Shown piece by piece: positions 24,301 through 31,719 of a stretch of DNA of 64,000 nt. Positions within the stretch are counted from its first letter, which is position 1, and each line of letters starts with the position of its first letter. Both the position numbers and the translations under genes were made by a program. The stretch is from Candidatus Latescibacterota bacterium (GTDB lineage: Bacteria > Latescibacterota > UBA2968). The notes below the pieces were generated by a model. That model saw only the letters and a list, made by a program, of their open reading frames with translations. It did not search any database and had not been told where the DNA came from. The stretch lies in assembly GCA_965204745.1 (NCBI GenBank), contig OZ242010.1, forward strand, positions 704,001 to 768,000. The letters run 5' to 3'.

Positions 24301-27300
24301 GGCGATAGCGTGGCTACCGAGGGCGAGATTGGCGTCGCGCGTGTTCGTCGCGTCGCGCAACTTGCCCGTGCCAGTCAGGGTGAGCGCGCCCGCGGCGACG
24401 CCGATGCCGTCGTCGTCATCGTCTGCCGCCTGCACTTGGTAGCCAAAGCGCAAGGTGCTGGCGTTGGGCTTGCTGGCAAACGCCGCGCTGCGCGTGACCG
24501 TGCCGATAGTGAGTGCCAAACTGGGGTTGGGCGCCGTAACCGTTACCTCTTGGTCGAACTGCACATCTACGCTGATGGTCTCCAGCGCGCCGTAGCTGTC
24601 GCCGCTTCCCGGGCTGGAACTGATGGAAACCGCGCTCACCGCAGGGGCCGTGGTCACCGCCAGCGAAAAGGTCAACGAGGTCGCGTCGCCATCGCCGTCG
24701 GTCGCCGTGTACGTGTACGTCGCGGTTGCGGTTCGCGTGGTGGGCGTGCCGTGGATGCGGCGCTGGGCCGCGTCAAAGGAGAGACCTGCGGGCAGAGCCG
24801 GCGTCAAGGAGTAGCGACGGTTGCCGTTGCCGCCGGTCGCTACGGGCAGATATTCTGCTACTGCCGTGGCCGCCGGGTAGTTCTTGGCGGCTACCGTGGC
24901 GCTGCCAAACGAAGGCGACATGTCGTTCACCGTGCGCCCCGTGGCGTTGATAATGGCGTAGGCACTGAGGTCGAGCGCGGCGGCTTTCCTGTCGGCACCA
25001 TGGATGCTACCGCCGTTCAGGGTCAACGCGGCGGCGCCAATGCTGATGCCGTCGCCGTCGAAGTCCTGCGACTGCACGGTGTACCCAAACATAATGGCGT
25101 CCTCTGTAGTGAGAGGTGTGTGAGTCGCTTGGCGCGTGTTTTCGCCGATAGTCAGCGCCAGTTGCGGCGCGCCGGTCACCGTGACGGGCCGATTAAATGC
25201 GATAATCACAGAAATGATCTCACCCGTGGCGTAGTCGCCATCGAACGTTGGAGATACCGGGATCATTAGGCTACGCGGCCTCGGCGCATCGGCCGCCGCC
25301 ACCATGACGGTGAACGGGCCGAGCGTCGCCTCGTCGCCGTCGACATCCCGCACCGTCAGCGTGTGCGTGGTCGTGCCCGAAACCGTGGGCGTCCCGGTTA
25401 TGGTCGGAGTCGCGCGCTCCAGCGAGAGACCGCTGGGCAGTGCCGGTGACACGCTATAGGTCAACGCGCCATCGCCGCCCGTCGCCAAAGGCAACGTCGA
25501 GGACGTCTGCATATTCGGCGCGAGCGACCGGTTGGCGGCACTCGCGTTCTGGGTAAAGGAAGGCGACGTGTCCTGCACTCGCATCTTTCGGCTGGTCGCG
25601 TCGCCGTTCGCAATCGCGTGCGTTCCCAGGCTGAGCTTGGCGTTCGCGCCGTCGTCCGACGCCAGGATGGTCCCCCCGTTCAGGCTCAGCGCGTCCACTG
25701 GGACCGCGATGCCGTCGCCGTCGAAATCGTCTGACCGCACCGTGTAGGTGAAGATCAGTATGTCGTATGGATCGTTGTCCGTCGCCCGCCTCAAATAGGC
25801 CGTCGCGGTGGCGTCATAATTGGCCTTGCGCTTCCTGTTGCCGACGACCAGCGTGACCTGCGGCGTCCCGGTGACCGTCACCTTCTCGGGATACTGGACC
25901 AGGAACATTATCTCATCCCCGGGCCAGTGGTTGACTTTGGTGCGGCCGTTCACATGCTCCAGGCGCACGCTGGTACCCTCAATCGCCGGCCCCCTGGGTG
26001 CCCACACCCGCAACGAGAAGGTCAGGGTCACGGCGTCGCCGTCGGCATCCGTCGCCCGATAGGTGTAGGTGGTGGTGGCCGTGGCCGTGGTCGGCGTGCC
26101 CGCAATGGTGCGCGTCGAGGCCGTCCATGTCAGGCCCGCTGGCAACGTGGTCGGCGAAATCGAGTAGGTCAACGCGCCATTGCCGCCCGTGGCCGCTGGC
26201 AACGCAATCGGCGTGATCGCCGTGCCGGTGTCGTACAACTTGCTCTCGACGGTCGCCGTGCCAAAGGAAGGAGAAGAGTCGTTCGCCGTATAGGGCGGGT
26301 CATTATCGACCGCGTGCGTGCCGAGGCCGAGCACTGCGTCGTTGGCGTCCGCGTCGCGGATGGTGCCCCCGTTGAGCGTCAGCGCGGTGGCGGCAATAGC
26401 GAGGCCGCCGCTATCACTTGACTGGACTGTGTGGGTGAAGGTCAGCGCGGTACTGGTCTGGCTACTTTTGGATGCCTGTTGCGTGAACGTGCCGATAGTG
26501 AGGGCCAACCTGGGGCTGCCGGTCACTGTCACCGCCTGATTGAAATCGACCGTCACGGTGATCACCGCGCCCGTGATGTAGTCGCTATTGGCGGGCGGCG
26601 ACACGAGGCGCACGCCGGACACGCGCGGCGGCGTCTTCACCTTGTGGCTTGTGGCGTTGGCAATGGCGTGCGTGCCAAGGCCGAGCAACGCATGCCGGCC
26701 TCTGGCGCCGCGCAGGGCGCCGCTGCCAGTCAGGGTCAGCGCGGTGGCGGCGATAGTGATGCCGTCGGCATCTTGGTCCGCCGTCTGCACGGTGTAGCGG
26801 AAGCTCAAGGTGGTGAAGTTCTGGCTCAGGCTGTGGAAGGCGGCGGTGCGCGTGTACGTGCCGATAGTCAGCGCGAGGCTGGGATTGGGCGGATACACCG
26901 CGACAGGTTCGTCAAACGTCACATTCACCGCAATCGTTTCCCCGGCGTCGTAGGCGTCGCCGGTCGCCGGGGTAGAGGTGATGGTCACTCCGCTCACCAC
27001 GGGATGACTGCTCACCGCGATAGTGAATGTCTGGGAGATCGCGTCGCCATCGCCATCGGTCGCCGTGTAGGTGTAGCTGGTGGCCGCCGTGACCGTGGTG
27101 GGCGTGCCCGCGATAGTGCGCGTCGAGGCCGTCCACGTCAGGCCCGCTGGCAACGAGGTCGGCGAAAGCGCGTAGGTCAACGTGCCATCGCCACCCATCG
27201 CCGCTGGCAGTTGGTCATTCACCGGCGCGTCCTTTTGGTAGTACCTCGCGTTCATCGCAGAGCGGAAGGTGGGCGAAGCGGTGTCCCGCACCTTGTGCCC

Positions 27301-28425
27301 GGCCGCGTTGGCGATGACGTGGTTGCCGAAGCGGAGCGAGGCGTCCAAGCCGCCGGTTCTGGCGCGGATGGTACTTGGGTAGGGTCGTCCCAACGCGGCG
27401 ATGCTGATGCCGTCGCTGTCCGAGTCCTCTGATGTGATGGTGTAGCTGAAGGACAGGGTGACGCTGTCGGCGGCGATGCTCTGGTAGGTCGCATAGCGAT
27501 TGGCGTCGCCGATGCCGAGCCTCACGTTGGGCGTGCCGGTAACGACTACCGCCTCGTCAAAGACGACTTCCACCGATAGGTCTTCGCCTGCGATGTAGTT
27601 GCCAGTGTTCAGCGGCGTGGAGCTGATCCGCACCCGGCTCACCTGAGGCGCGTTCTCGTTCGCCACCGTGATCCAGAACGACAACAACGCATAGTCGCCA
27701 TCGGCGTCGCTGGCTCGTATGTAGTAAGCAGTTTGCGCCAGGGCCGTCGTGGGCGTGCCGGAGAGAACGCGGGTGGCGTTGTTGAAGGTGAGGCCGTTCG
27801 GCAGAGCACCCTGGAGGCTATAGGTCAAGGTCCCGTCGCCGCTGTTGGCCGCCTCCAGCGTCTCGCTGACCGAGTTGTTTTGCACAAAGTGGAGTACCGG
27901 GCCGTGGTATCCCCCAGGGGCGCCGAAGTACGGACGGGTGTCGTTGACCGTGTGGCGCGTGGCGATGGCGATGGCGTGACTACCGAGGGATAGATTGGGA
28001 GGAGTGCCGTTGGCGTCTGCGATGCGACCGCCGTTGAGCGTCAGCGCGGTCGCGGCGATGCTGATGCCATCGCCATCGTGATCCGTCGCCTGGACGACAT
28101 ATTTGAATTGCAGGGAGGAGTCGTTGGTGGTGCTGTGGAAAGACGCGCGGCGCGTCTGACTGCCGATGCCGAGCGCGAGATAGGGCGTGCCAGATGCCGT
28201 GTTCACCGTGAAGCGGGCCGAAGTGAACGACACCTGCACGGTAATGGTATCCCCGGCGGCGTAGGTATTGGCGCGCGATGGCGTGGACGTGATGCTTACA
28301 CTGCGAACAGTCGCGGCGGTTTGCGCCTCGGCCGGGACAGCGCATAACAGCGAAGTAATGGCAGAGAAAATCGCAAAAAATTGAACGCATCGAGCATGGA
28401 TGCTATGTATCGCACTAGCATCCAT
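16510..28425 (-). CDS. Giant secreted surface protein/adhesin, N-terminal part: signal peptide, 17 divergent DxDxDGI beta-sandwich domains interleaved with putative-Ig domains, first Calx-beta-like repeats
   Basis: 4016-aa ORF (to 28560). The likely start is ATG 28425 with GAGAGG RBS and signal peptide MDASAI...SLLCAVPAEA|Q. The apparent end arises from AAAA>AAA at 16535-16537. Confidence 0.9.
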   Translation of the reverse strand: MDASAIHSIHARCVQFFAIFSAITSLLCAVPAEAQTAATVRSVSITSTPSRANTYAAGDTITVQVSFTSARFTVNTASGTPYLALGIGSQTRRASFHSTTNDSSLQFKYVVQATDHDGDGISIAATALTLNGGRIADANGTPPNLSLGSHAIAIATRHTVNDTRPYFGAPGGYHGPVLHFVQNNSVSETLEAANSGDGTLTYSLQGALPNGLTFNNATRVLSGTPTTALAQTAYYIRASDADGDYALLSFWITVANENAPQVSRVRISSTPLNTGNYIAGEDLSVEVVFDEAVVVTGTPNVRLGIGDANRYATYQSIAADSVTLSFSYTITSEDSDSDGISIAALGRPYPSTIRARTGGLDASLRFGNHVIANAAGHKVRDTASPTFRSAMNARYYQKDAPVNDQLPAAMGGDGTLTYALSPTSLPAGLTWTASTRTIAGTPTTVTAATSYTYTATDGDGDAISQTFTIAVSSHPVVSGVTITSTPATGDAYDAGETIAVNVTFDEPVAVYPPNPSLALTIGTYTRTAAFHSLSQNFTTLSFRYTVQTADQDADGITIAATALTLTGSGALRGARGRHALLGLGTHAIANATSHKVKTPPRVSGVRLVSPPANSDYITGAVITVTVDFNQAVTVTGSPRLALTIGTFTQQASKSSQTSTALTFTHTVQSSDSGGLAIAATALTLNGGTIRDADANDAVLGLGTHAVDNDPPYTANDSSPSFGTATVESKLYDTGTAITPIALPAATGGNGALTYSISPTTLPAGLTWTASTRTIAGTPTTATATTTYTYRATDADGDAVTLTFSLRVWAPRGPAIEGTSVRLEHVNGRTKVNHWPGDEIMFLVQYPEKVTVTGTPQVTLVVGNRKRKANYDATATAYLRRATDNDPYDILIFTYTVRSDDFDGDGIAVPVDALSLNGGTILASDDGANAKLSLGTHAIANGDATSRKMRVQDTSPSFTQNASAANRSLAPNMQTSSTLPLATGGDGALTYSVSPALPSGLSLERATPTITGTPTVSGTTTHTLTVRDVDGDEATLGPFTVMVAAADAPRPRSLMIPVSPTFDGDYATGEIISVIIAFNRPVTVTGAPQLALTIGENTRQATHTPLTTEDAIMFGYTVQSQDFDGDGISIGAAALTLNGGSIHGADRKAAALDLSAYAIINATGRTVNDMSPSFGSATVAAKNYPAATAVAEYLPVATGGNGNRRYSLTPALPAGLSFDAAQRRIHGTPTTRTATATYTYTATDGDGDATSLTFSLAVTTAPAVSAVSISSSPGSGDSYGALETISVDVQFDQEVTVTAPNPSLALTIGTVTRSAAFASKPNASTLRFGYQVQAADDDDDGIGVAAGALTLTGTGKLRDATNTRDANLALGSHAIATATGHKVDTPPIISGVTISSSPGANGTYDAGEAIEVRLAFTEQVIVHNNPPTVALTIGAHTRTATWTTGTPQHTFSYTVQSSDFDGDGISIAADAVTANTGFSTYFVPGTFPRRALVGLGRHAIANDPDHTVRDTKPTFGRLEAQHFIAGTAVDFTLPTATGGDGTVTHTLSPSTLPGGLSYSATTRKITGTPTAQAVGPARAYTWTATDGDGDAAPLAFTITVAAANAPNVTEVTFLSDPGPGANNFYFVNPRKPIAVGIEFTPLVTVTGTPQLALTIGGTTRQATHVGSPTFNHPYHTFQYFVQASDADNDGITIGSGALTLNGGTIRDASNVDAALGLGSHAITNDPSHKVDGSGNALPAITRVDIISNPSSGDAYGEGEFINVSVWFSELVTASAAPKLALTIGTSTREATAYTVDGDTAPIVNGQRTIFRFSYTVTKADYDADGISIAAGALTLPSGATLRDAANADAILGLGSQAIANSAGHKVSSPPKVTAVSISSTPQQANTYTRGGTITARVTFDQSVTVTGSPELALAIGTYTRQATASASSTPAASLDFTYTVVAEDADTDGISIAADALTLPSSATIRGVDTEDAVLDLGTHILTNVTTAKVDGSKQGQWPDFGSATGPNLALTVGMAALYNLPASPTGDAPLAYTTSPSLPSGLRLGRGAVVVNGRLRQTVVLSGTPQNASPQIRYNLIATDANGDRDTLPFTLKVSGESPAVTGVSLAQTPLRDGTYARSEEIAVYVRFDKTVKVTGTPQLALTIGSSTRQAAYASVVGSSVVFRYTVQASDRDSDGISIGANALTLNGGTIRNRGGTHNAVLGLGIYALGNQSAHKVDGSVTRAFQVSGVRLVSRPQNTTTNEYSLGEVIRVQVRFNQGAAVNGSPRLALTIGSYTRQATYRGMVPGSGTAMAFEYAVQASDRDADGLSIGTSALTLPSGVTIRNAQGEDAQIGLGTFALGNQSGHKVNGSVNHPAVITGVSFTSSPSRGTSYNIGATITVQVTFSKAVVVGRRTYTRNNNGFPFLNLTIGNATRRAINKAPREYLADPPSTTHTFRYTVVEGDYDSDGIGIAANALDLNGGRGTVRSGGVDANINLGSHAISAAIGHKVDGRRPTVTGVRFTGHPHANGEYIIGETVYVAVSFSDKVKFSGNPQLALSIGTYTRQAWVPGSQNVASGRNALGFMYPVQPGDADTDGISIAAGALSGSIVGAANDNAAALGLGSHAITNASAHKVDGSESRLPSVTRVSISAPQYNNSFDVHEYIDAHVHFSVPVNVSGSPQLALTIGTYKRQLTYRGRTGTHTIFRYTVQSSDRDTDGISIADNALTLNGGSIRAAATNGNARLSVGNRTFSYLVDGSVNHPALIQSIFFVSRPRQRQTYGNGERIQLQVWFGKLVSASSVVNLAMNIGGQTRYASGALNHGTQHSFVYTVQSPDLDTDGISIPANPLTGGTIRDLGGQDASRTFGGLGNQAGHKVDYRVESIPVFRGAVVPALRWTVREPVRYRLPAATGEGTLTYSMPTSPPAGLTFTPSTRTITGTPTAVTRQAQYQLTATDSDNDSGSLSFTIEIVEDSVPTFGSTFPAQLYVENVPISPAVALPVAMGGNGELTYGLSGPGTSTTSLTLPAGVTYTQPTGTTNGGTIAGTPTTAAAAQTYKLTVTDAEGDAASLTFTIEVQADAIPAFNPNTWTAQNYIQNTPIGTVTLPAAMGGNGALTYALSGPGTATNLTLPAGLTYQQSRNAAEGGALIGTPTVAAAQATYTLKATDIDGDAATLTFTVAVAADLTPSFSATVDDKSWIKDVLITAFTLPAATGGNGALTYALSPELPSGVVRDAATHEVSGTPTAAKALTTYTWTATDGDGDATTLTFTISVDALPSFGDAAIADHNWIKDVQIDSFALPEATGGDGSLTYTLSPALPTGVIRNATTRVVSGTPTVTSAETEYTWTATDRDGDTASLTFDVTVADKAIATLVLTPSTIDESGTTTSATVTAKLDKASSAATTITVTATPVAPAVATDFTLSSAATLTIAAGGTTSTGTVTIAAVDNEVDAPDKTVTVAGTSGNAAVTAPSDVTLTIADDDAAPAVTLAVADGAIAEDGGVTTVTATLSRASSAATTVTVTAVTGSYTVGADATIEIAAGETSNTTDSVTITAVNDDLDNVGNRSATVSGTATNGHGIGSVTGVALTLTDDEATPTATLVLTPSTIDERGTTTSATVTATLDHASSEALTLTVSAAGDFTLSSATTLTIAAGETTSTGTVTIAAVDNNRDEPDKSVTVSATASGTSGVADPSDVTLTIQDDEGLPTVSLVLSPSSISEDGGVATVTAKLSGASSAATTITVTATPVAPAVASDFTLSNTTTLTIAAGQTTSSGTVTISAVNNNKDEPNKSVTVSGSASGGLGMADPSNATLTITDDEGLPTVSLVLSPSSISEDGGVATVTAKLSGTSSAATTITVSATASTHAVAGDFTLSNTTTLTIAAGSTTSSGTVTITANDNNQDEPNKSVTVSGSASGGLGVSDPSDATLTITDDEGLPTVSLTLSSSSISEDGGVTTVTAKLSGVSSAATTITVSATAGTHAANGDLRCPMRQR

Positions 28426-28441
28426 GCTCAATGCCTCTCGC

Positions 28442-28492
28442 CGTAAATCGCTGTAAAAGAGCGATTTACGAGGGGGGGGGGGGGGGGGGGGG
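28442..28492 (-). promoter_or_regulatory. Perfect 11-bp hairpin directly adjacent to a 21-nt G/C homopolymer in the leader of the giant gene
   Basis: CGTAAATCGCT-gtaaaag-AGCGATTTACG at 28442-28470; G21 at 28472-28492. Confidence 0.7.
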
Positions 28493-28611
28493 TACGGAGT
28501 ACAACGAAAGGAAAGACAGCGCCGACAGGCTAACACCGCCCGCCCCTTTGATGTGAACATTCGTCGTCATCTGAACACTCGTTCCGCACAAACGCGCGGA
28601 AAATCGCGTCA

Positions 28612-28947
28612 CTACTCCGCATCTAACACGCGCTGAAATGCCTCTAGATCATCGACTTGCACCGCCGCACGATGCAACCGCTTGAGCCGTTGCAAATCGT
28701 CAATGACCGCAATGCGATCAGCCAATCGCCGCACCGCGCCCGGATGAAATCGAATTTCCAATGCTTCAAGGAGAAATTCAATGGCGTTTTCTCTTTCCCC
28801 TTGCTCAATGCCCTGCTCAATGCCCTGCTCAATGCCCTGCTCAATGCCCTGCTCAAGGAACTGTTCCTTGAATTGTTCCTTGAACTGTTCTTTGAACTGT
28901 TCCTTGAGGTATTGGGCAAATGATGATTCACGCATAATTGCGTCCAT
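28612..28947 (-). CDS. Stand-alone Rpn/YhgA-family C-terminal-like small protein with (K/I)EQ(F/G) tetrapeptide repeats
   Basis: MDAIMRESSFAQYL(KEQF)n(LEQG)(IEQG)n...LEIRF...IDDLQRLKRLHRAAVQVDDLEAF; AGGAGG RBS before ATG 28947; 12-bp tandem repeats at ~28797-28908. Confidence 0.75.
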   Translation of the reverse strand: MDAIMRESSFAQYLKEQFKEQFKEQFKEQFLEQGIEQGIEQGIEQGIEQGERENAIEFLLEALEIRFHPGAVRRLADRIAVIDDLQRLKRLHRAAVQVDDLEAFQRVLDAE

Positions 28948-28963
28948 AAGACCCTCCTGGACA

Positions 28964-28992
28964 ATAATAACAAATATAGCAAGGGATGTCAA
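28964..28992 (-). promoter_or_regulatory. Sigma70-type promoter
   Basis: TTGACA-N17-TATTAT on the minus strand just upstream of the RBS/ATG at 28947. Confidence 0.7.
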
Positions 28993-29060
28993 AGGATATC
29001 AAGGGTTTTGGAACGGAGAGATTAGAAAAAATTGAAGAGTGAAAAATCTGTCTGATTCAC

Positions 29061-29100
29061 AAAAAAAAGCGACCCAGATCTTTCGACCTAGGCCGCTTTC
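29061..29100 (-). terminator. Rho-independent terminator after carbonic anhydrase
   Basis: GCGGCCUAGGUC-GAAA-GAUCUGGGUCGC stem (with GU pairs) followed by U8. Confidence 0.85.
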
Positions 29101-29122
29101 ATTTATTTCCTACAACACATTT

Positions 29123-29863
29123 TCACTGCAACACAACCCGTGCGTTGGTCGCTTGAATCGGGCGATTATTGGGGTGTTGGATCGTGCGGGCGAACTTTTC
29201 GATTTGTTCCTTAGACGCAGAGACCTGATGTTTCATCACGAGCCAGCGGACGCCCTCTGTGCAGGGGGGCGTCGTCAGCGATCCGTTGAAACGATAGTAG
29301 TCGCGGTCCACAGGCAGAAGGTCCGAAGCGTCAATGAGGGACGAAAAAGCGTGCTCGTCTCCCGCGTGTTGCGGCATTTTCGCCCATGCCTTGGCCAGTG
29401 CCTCGTTGGCCTTTCCCTGCGTGAACAAGATCGCGACGACCGCCAAGTTTCCGTCTTTGTCGGCGTGTACAAGGTGCGCTTCCAGTGGAAATGATTTGCC
29501 GTCGAGGTGGTTTTCGCTCGGCGCGTGGAAGTGAAACTGCAAGAGGTGGAATGTCTGCCCGTCAACGCCGATGGTGCTACCCTCCTCGTAGGACACCTGC
29601 ACGGTGTGACCGTTGTTGGAGATTTTATCGCCGCCGGCGCGGTAGGCAAATATTATCGGCGCCAGGTCCGCCTCGATGAACTCGGTCAAATTGATCGGTG
29701 CTTGGTTCTCGCCCGAACACGCGCTGTATTGCGGGGACAACTCTGCCCAGTGTTCCGGGCCTTTGTCACCGGAATAGCTCCAGTGTGGAAGGTCGCCCGA
29801 ACACGCGATTCCCAACGAGGCCGCTATGCCTGCGCCGAGTATTGTCATTTTCGTGCTGGTCAT
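29123..29863 (-). CDS. cah: Alpha-class carbonic anhydrase, probable lipoprotein
   Basis: HWSY, QAPINL, NNGHTVQ, QFHFH, EAHLVH, GSLTTPPCTEGVRW, NNRPIQ motifs; AAGGAG RBS; LGIA-C lipobox. Confidence 0.93.
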   Translation of the reverse strand: MTSTKMTILGAGIAASLGIACSGDLPHWSYSGDKGPEHWAELSPQYSACSGENQAPINLTEFIEADLAPIIFAYRAGGDKISNNGHTVQVSYEEGSTIGVDGQTFHLLQFHFHAPSENHLDGKSFPLEAHLVHADKDGNLAVVAILFTQGKANEALAKAWAKMPQHAGDEHAFSSLIDASDLLPVDRDYYRFNGSLTTPPCTEGVRWLVMKHQVSASKEQIEKFARTIQHPNNRPIQATNARVVLQ

Positions 29864-29983
29864 TTTATCATCTCCTTTGAACGGGGGTTTGGGATCCCAT
29901 CTGCTCCAGCAAGGGGAGTGCGTCACAGAAACGCGATCTCCGCAATTCTTAGGGATCGGGTCAAAAAAAGAATTGGGAGCGGA

Positions 29984-31711
29984 TCAATATTTTCGGCAAC
30001 GATTGGTAATGGGCAATCGCCTGTCGCGGCCGAATGCGCGAGCCGTGATCTTGATGCCCAAAGGGGCTTGGCGGCGTTTGTACTCGTTGTGGTCAACCGT
30101 GCGGATAATGCGCGTGACCAAGGCTTCGTCATAGCCCAGCGCGATGAGGTCTTGCAAACTCGCGTCGTCTTCCACATACGCTTTGAGAATGGGATCGAGC
30201 ACCGGATAGGGAGGCAAGCTGTCCGTGTCTTTCTGGTCGGCGCGCAATTCCGCAGTGGGGGGGCGTTCGATAATGGAAAGGGGAATGACGGGCTGATCGG
30301 ACAGGGCATTGCGATAGTGCGCGAGATCGTAAACCAAGGTTTTGTAGATGTCCTTGATAACCGCGAACCCGCCGGCCATATCGCCGTACAGCGTGGCATA
30401 GCCCATGCTCAATTCGCTCTTGTTCCCGGGCGCGAGCACCAAGGCGCGGAACTTGTTGGCGAGTGCCATGAGCAACGTGCCCCGAATGCGCGGTTGGATG
30501 TTTTCCTCTGCCGTGTCCGAGGGCAGATCGCCAAATTCGTCGGCGAGCAGACCGAGGTACTGGTCAAACAGCTTTTGAATCGGCAACGCGAGGATGCGAA
30601 TGTCCAAATTGCCCGCCATCTGCAACGCGTCGTTAAGCGTGCCTTCTGAAGAGTATTGCGTGGGCATGGTCACGCACACGACATTTTTCGCACCCAGTGC
30701 GTCTCGGGCTATCGCCGTGACAAGCGCGGAATCGATGCCGCCAGACAGCCCGATAAAAACCTTCTCAAACCCGTTCTTCACCACATAATCGCGCGTGCCC
30801 AAAACCAACGCATCGTAGATGGTTTCGAGGCGATCAGCGGGACGCGGAGACTCGAGAGGCCGAAGCGGTGAAAGGGGAACGGATCGGGGGCGTAGATCGG
30901 GCAACTCGATGGCGATCACTGGGGTAACATCGCGTTTTTCCTTGCGCCGCCGCGAATCGTGCAGGCGATTGCGGAAAACCGTTTCCGCGTCGATATCGGC
31001 CACGAGCATGTCCTCCCGAAACCGAGGCGACCGCGCCGTGACGCGCCCTTCTTGATCGACCAACAGGCTGCCGCCATCGAAAATCAACTCATCCTGTCCA
31101 CCCACCAAATTGCAATACCCGAGCACCGCGCTGTTATCCGTGGCGCGCGTGGCGATCACCTGTTCGCGCAACAATGCTTTGCCATCGTGGAAGGGGGAAG
31201 CCGAAATGTTGATGAGAACTTCGACATTGCCGGCCAGTCCTTGTTGCCGCGCAGGGCCTCCGGGATACCAGATATCCTCGCAAACAGTGACGCCGAAGGT
31301 GACGCCGTTGAGGCGGTACACGCCAGCGGTCTTGCCAGATTGGAAGTAGCGCTCTTCGTCAAAGACGCCGTAGTTGGGCAGGTAGGTTTTGTGATACACA
31401 TCGATCAAGCGTCCGTCGCAAGCGATGGCCGCGGCATTGTAAATGTCGTCTTGCCGATCCACAAATCCGAAAACAGCGGCAATGCCCTGCGTGGCCTGAA
31501 CGAGTTCGTCCAGCACCAGGAGGTTGGCTTGGATGAACCGAGGCTTAAACAGCAAATCCTCGGGCGGATAGCCCGTGACCGCGAGTTCGGGAAAAACGAC
31601 GATATGCGCGCCCAACTCGCGTGCTTTGTGCATGTGGTCGAGAATTTTTTGACGGTTGCCCGTCAAATCGCCCACAGTGACATTGATCTGCGCTAAGGCG
31701 AGGCGAATCAC
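29984..31711 (-). CDS. nadE: Glutamine-dependent NAD+ synthetase
   Basis: Nitrilase domain (FPELAVTGYPPEDL, K, VCEDIW) plus synthetase domain (GLSGGIDS, ENIQPRIR, GNKSE, EYKRRQAP). Confidence 0.96.
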   Translation of the reverse strand: MIRLALAQINVTVGDLTGNRQKILDHMHKARELGAHIVVFPELAVTGYPPEDLLFKPRFIQANLLVLDELVQATQGIAAVFGFVDRQDDIYNAAAIACDGRLIDVYHKTYLPNYGVFDEERYFQSGKTAGVYRLNGVTFGVTVCEDIWYPGGPARQQGLAGNVEVLINISASPFHDGKALLREQVIATRATDNSAVLGYCNLVGGQDELIFDGGSLLVDQEGRVTARSPRFREDMLVADIDAETVFRNRLHDSRRRKEKRDVTPVIAIELPDLRPRSVPLSPLRPLESPRPADRLETIYDALVLGTRDYVVKNGFEKVFIGLSGGIDSALVTAIARDALGAKNVVCVTMPTQYSSEGTLNDALQMAGNLDIRILALPIQKLFDQYLGLLADEFGDLPSDTAEENIQPRIRGTLLMALANKFRALVLAPGNKSELSMGYATLYGDMAGGFAVIKDIYKTLVYDLAHYRNALSDQPVIPLSIIERPPTAELRADQKDTDSLPPYPVLDPILKAYVEDDASLQDLIALGYDEALVTRIIRTVDHNEYKRRQAPLGIKITARAFGRDRRLPITNRCRKY

Positions 31712-31719
31712 GTTGTCCT

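Noticed and set aside
168-28347. Dozens of plus-strand ORFs (including 22444..25269, 941 aa) over the giant gene
   Set aside because: Antisense shadows of a GC-rich repetitive CDS; no RBS or recognisable motifs
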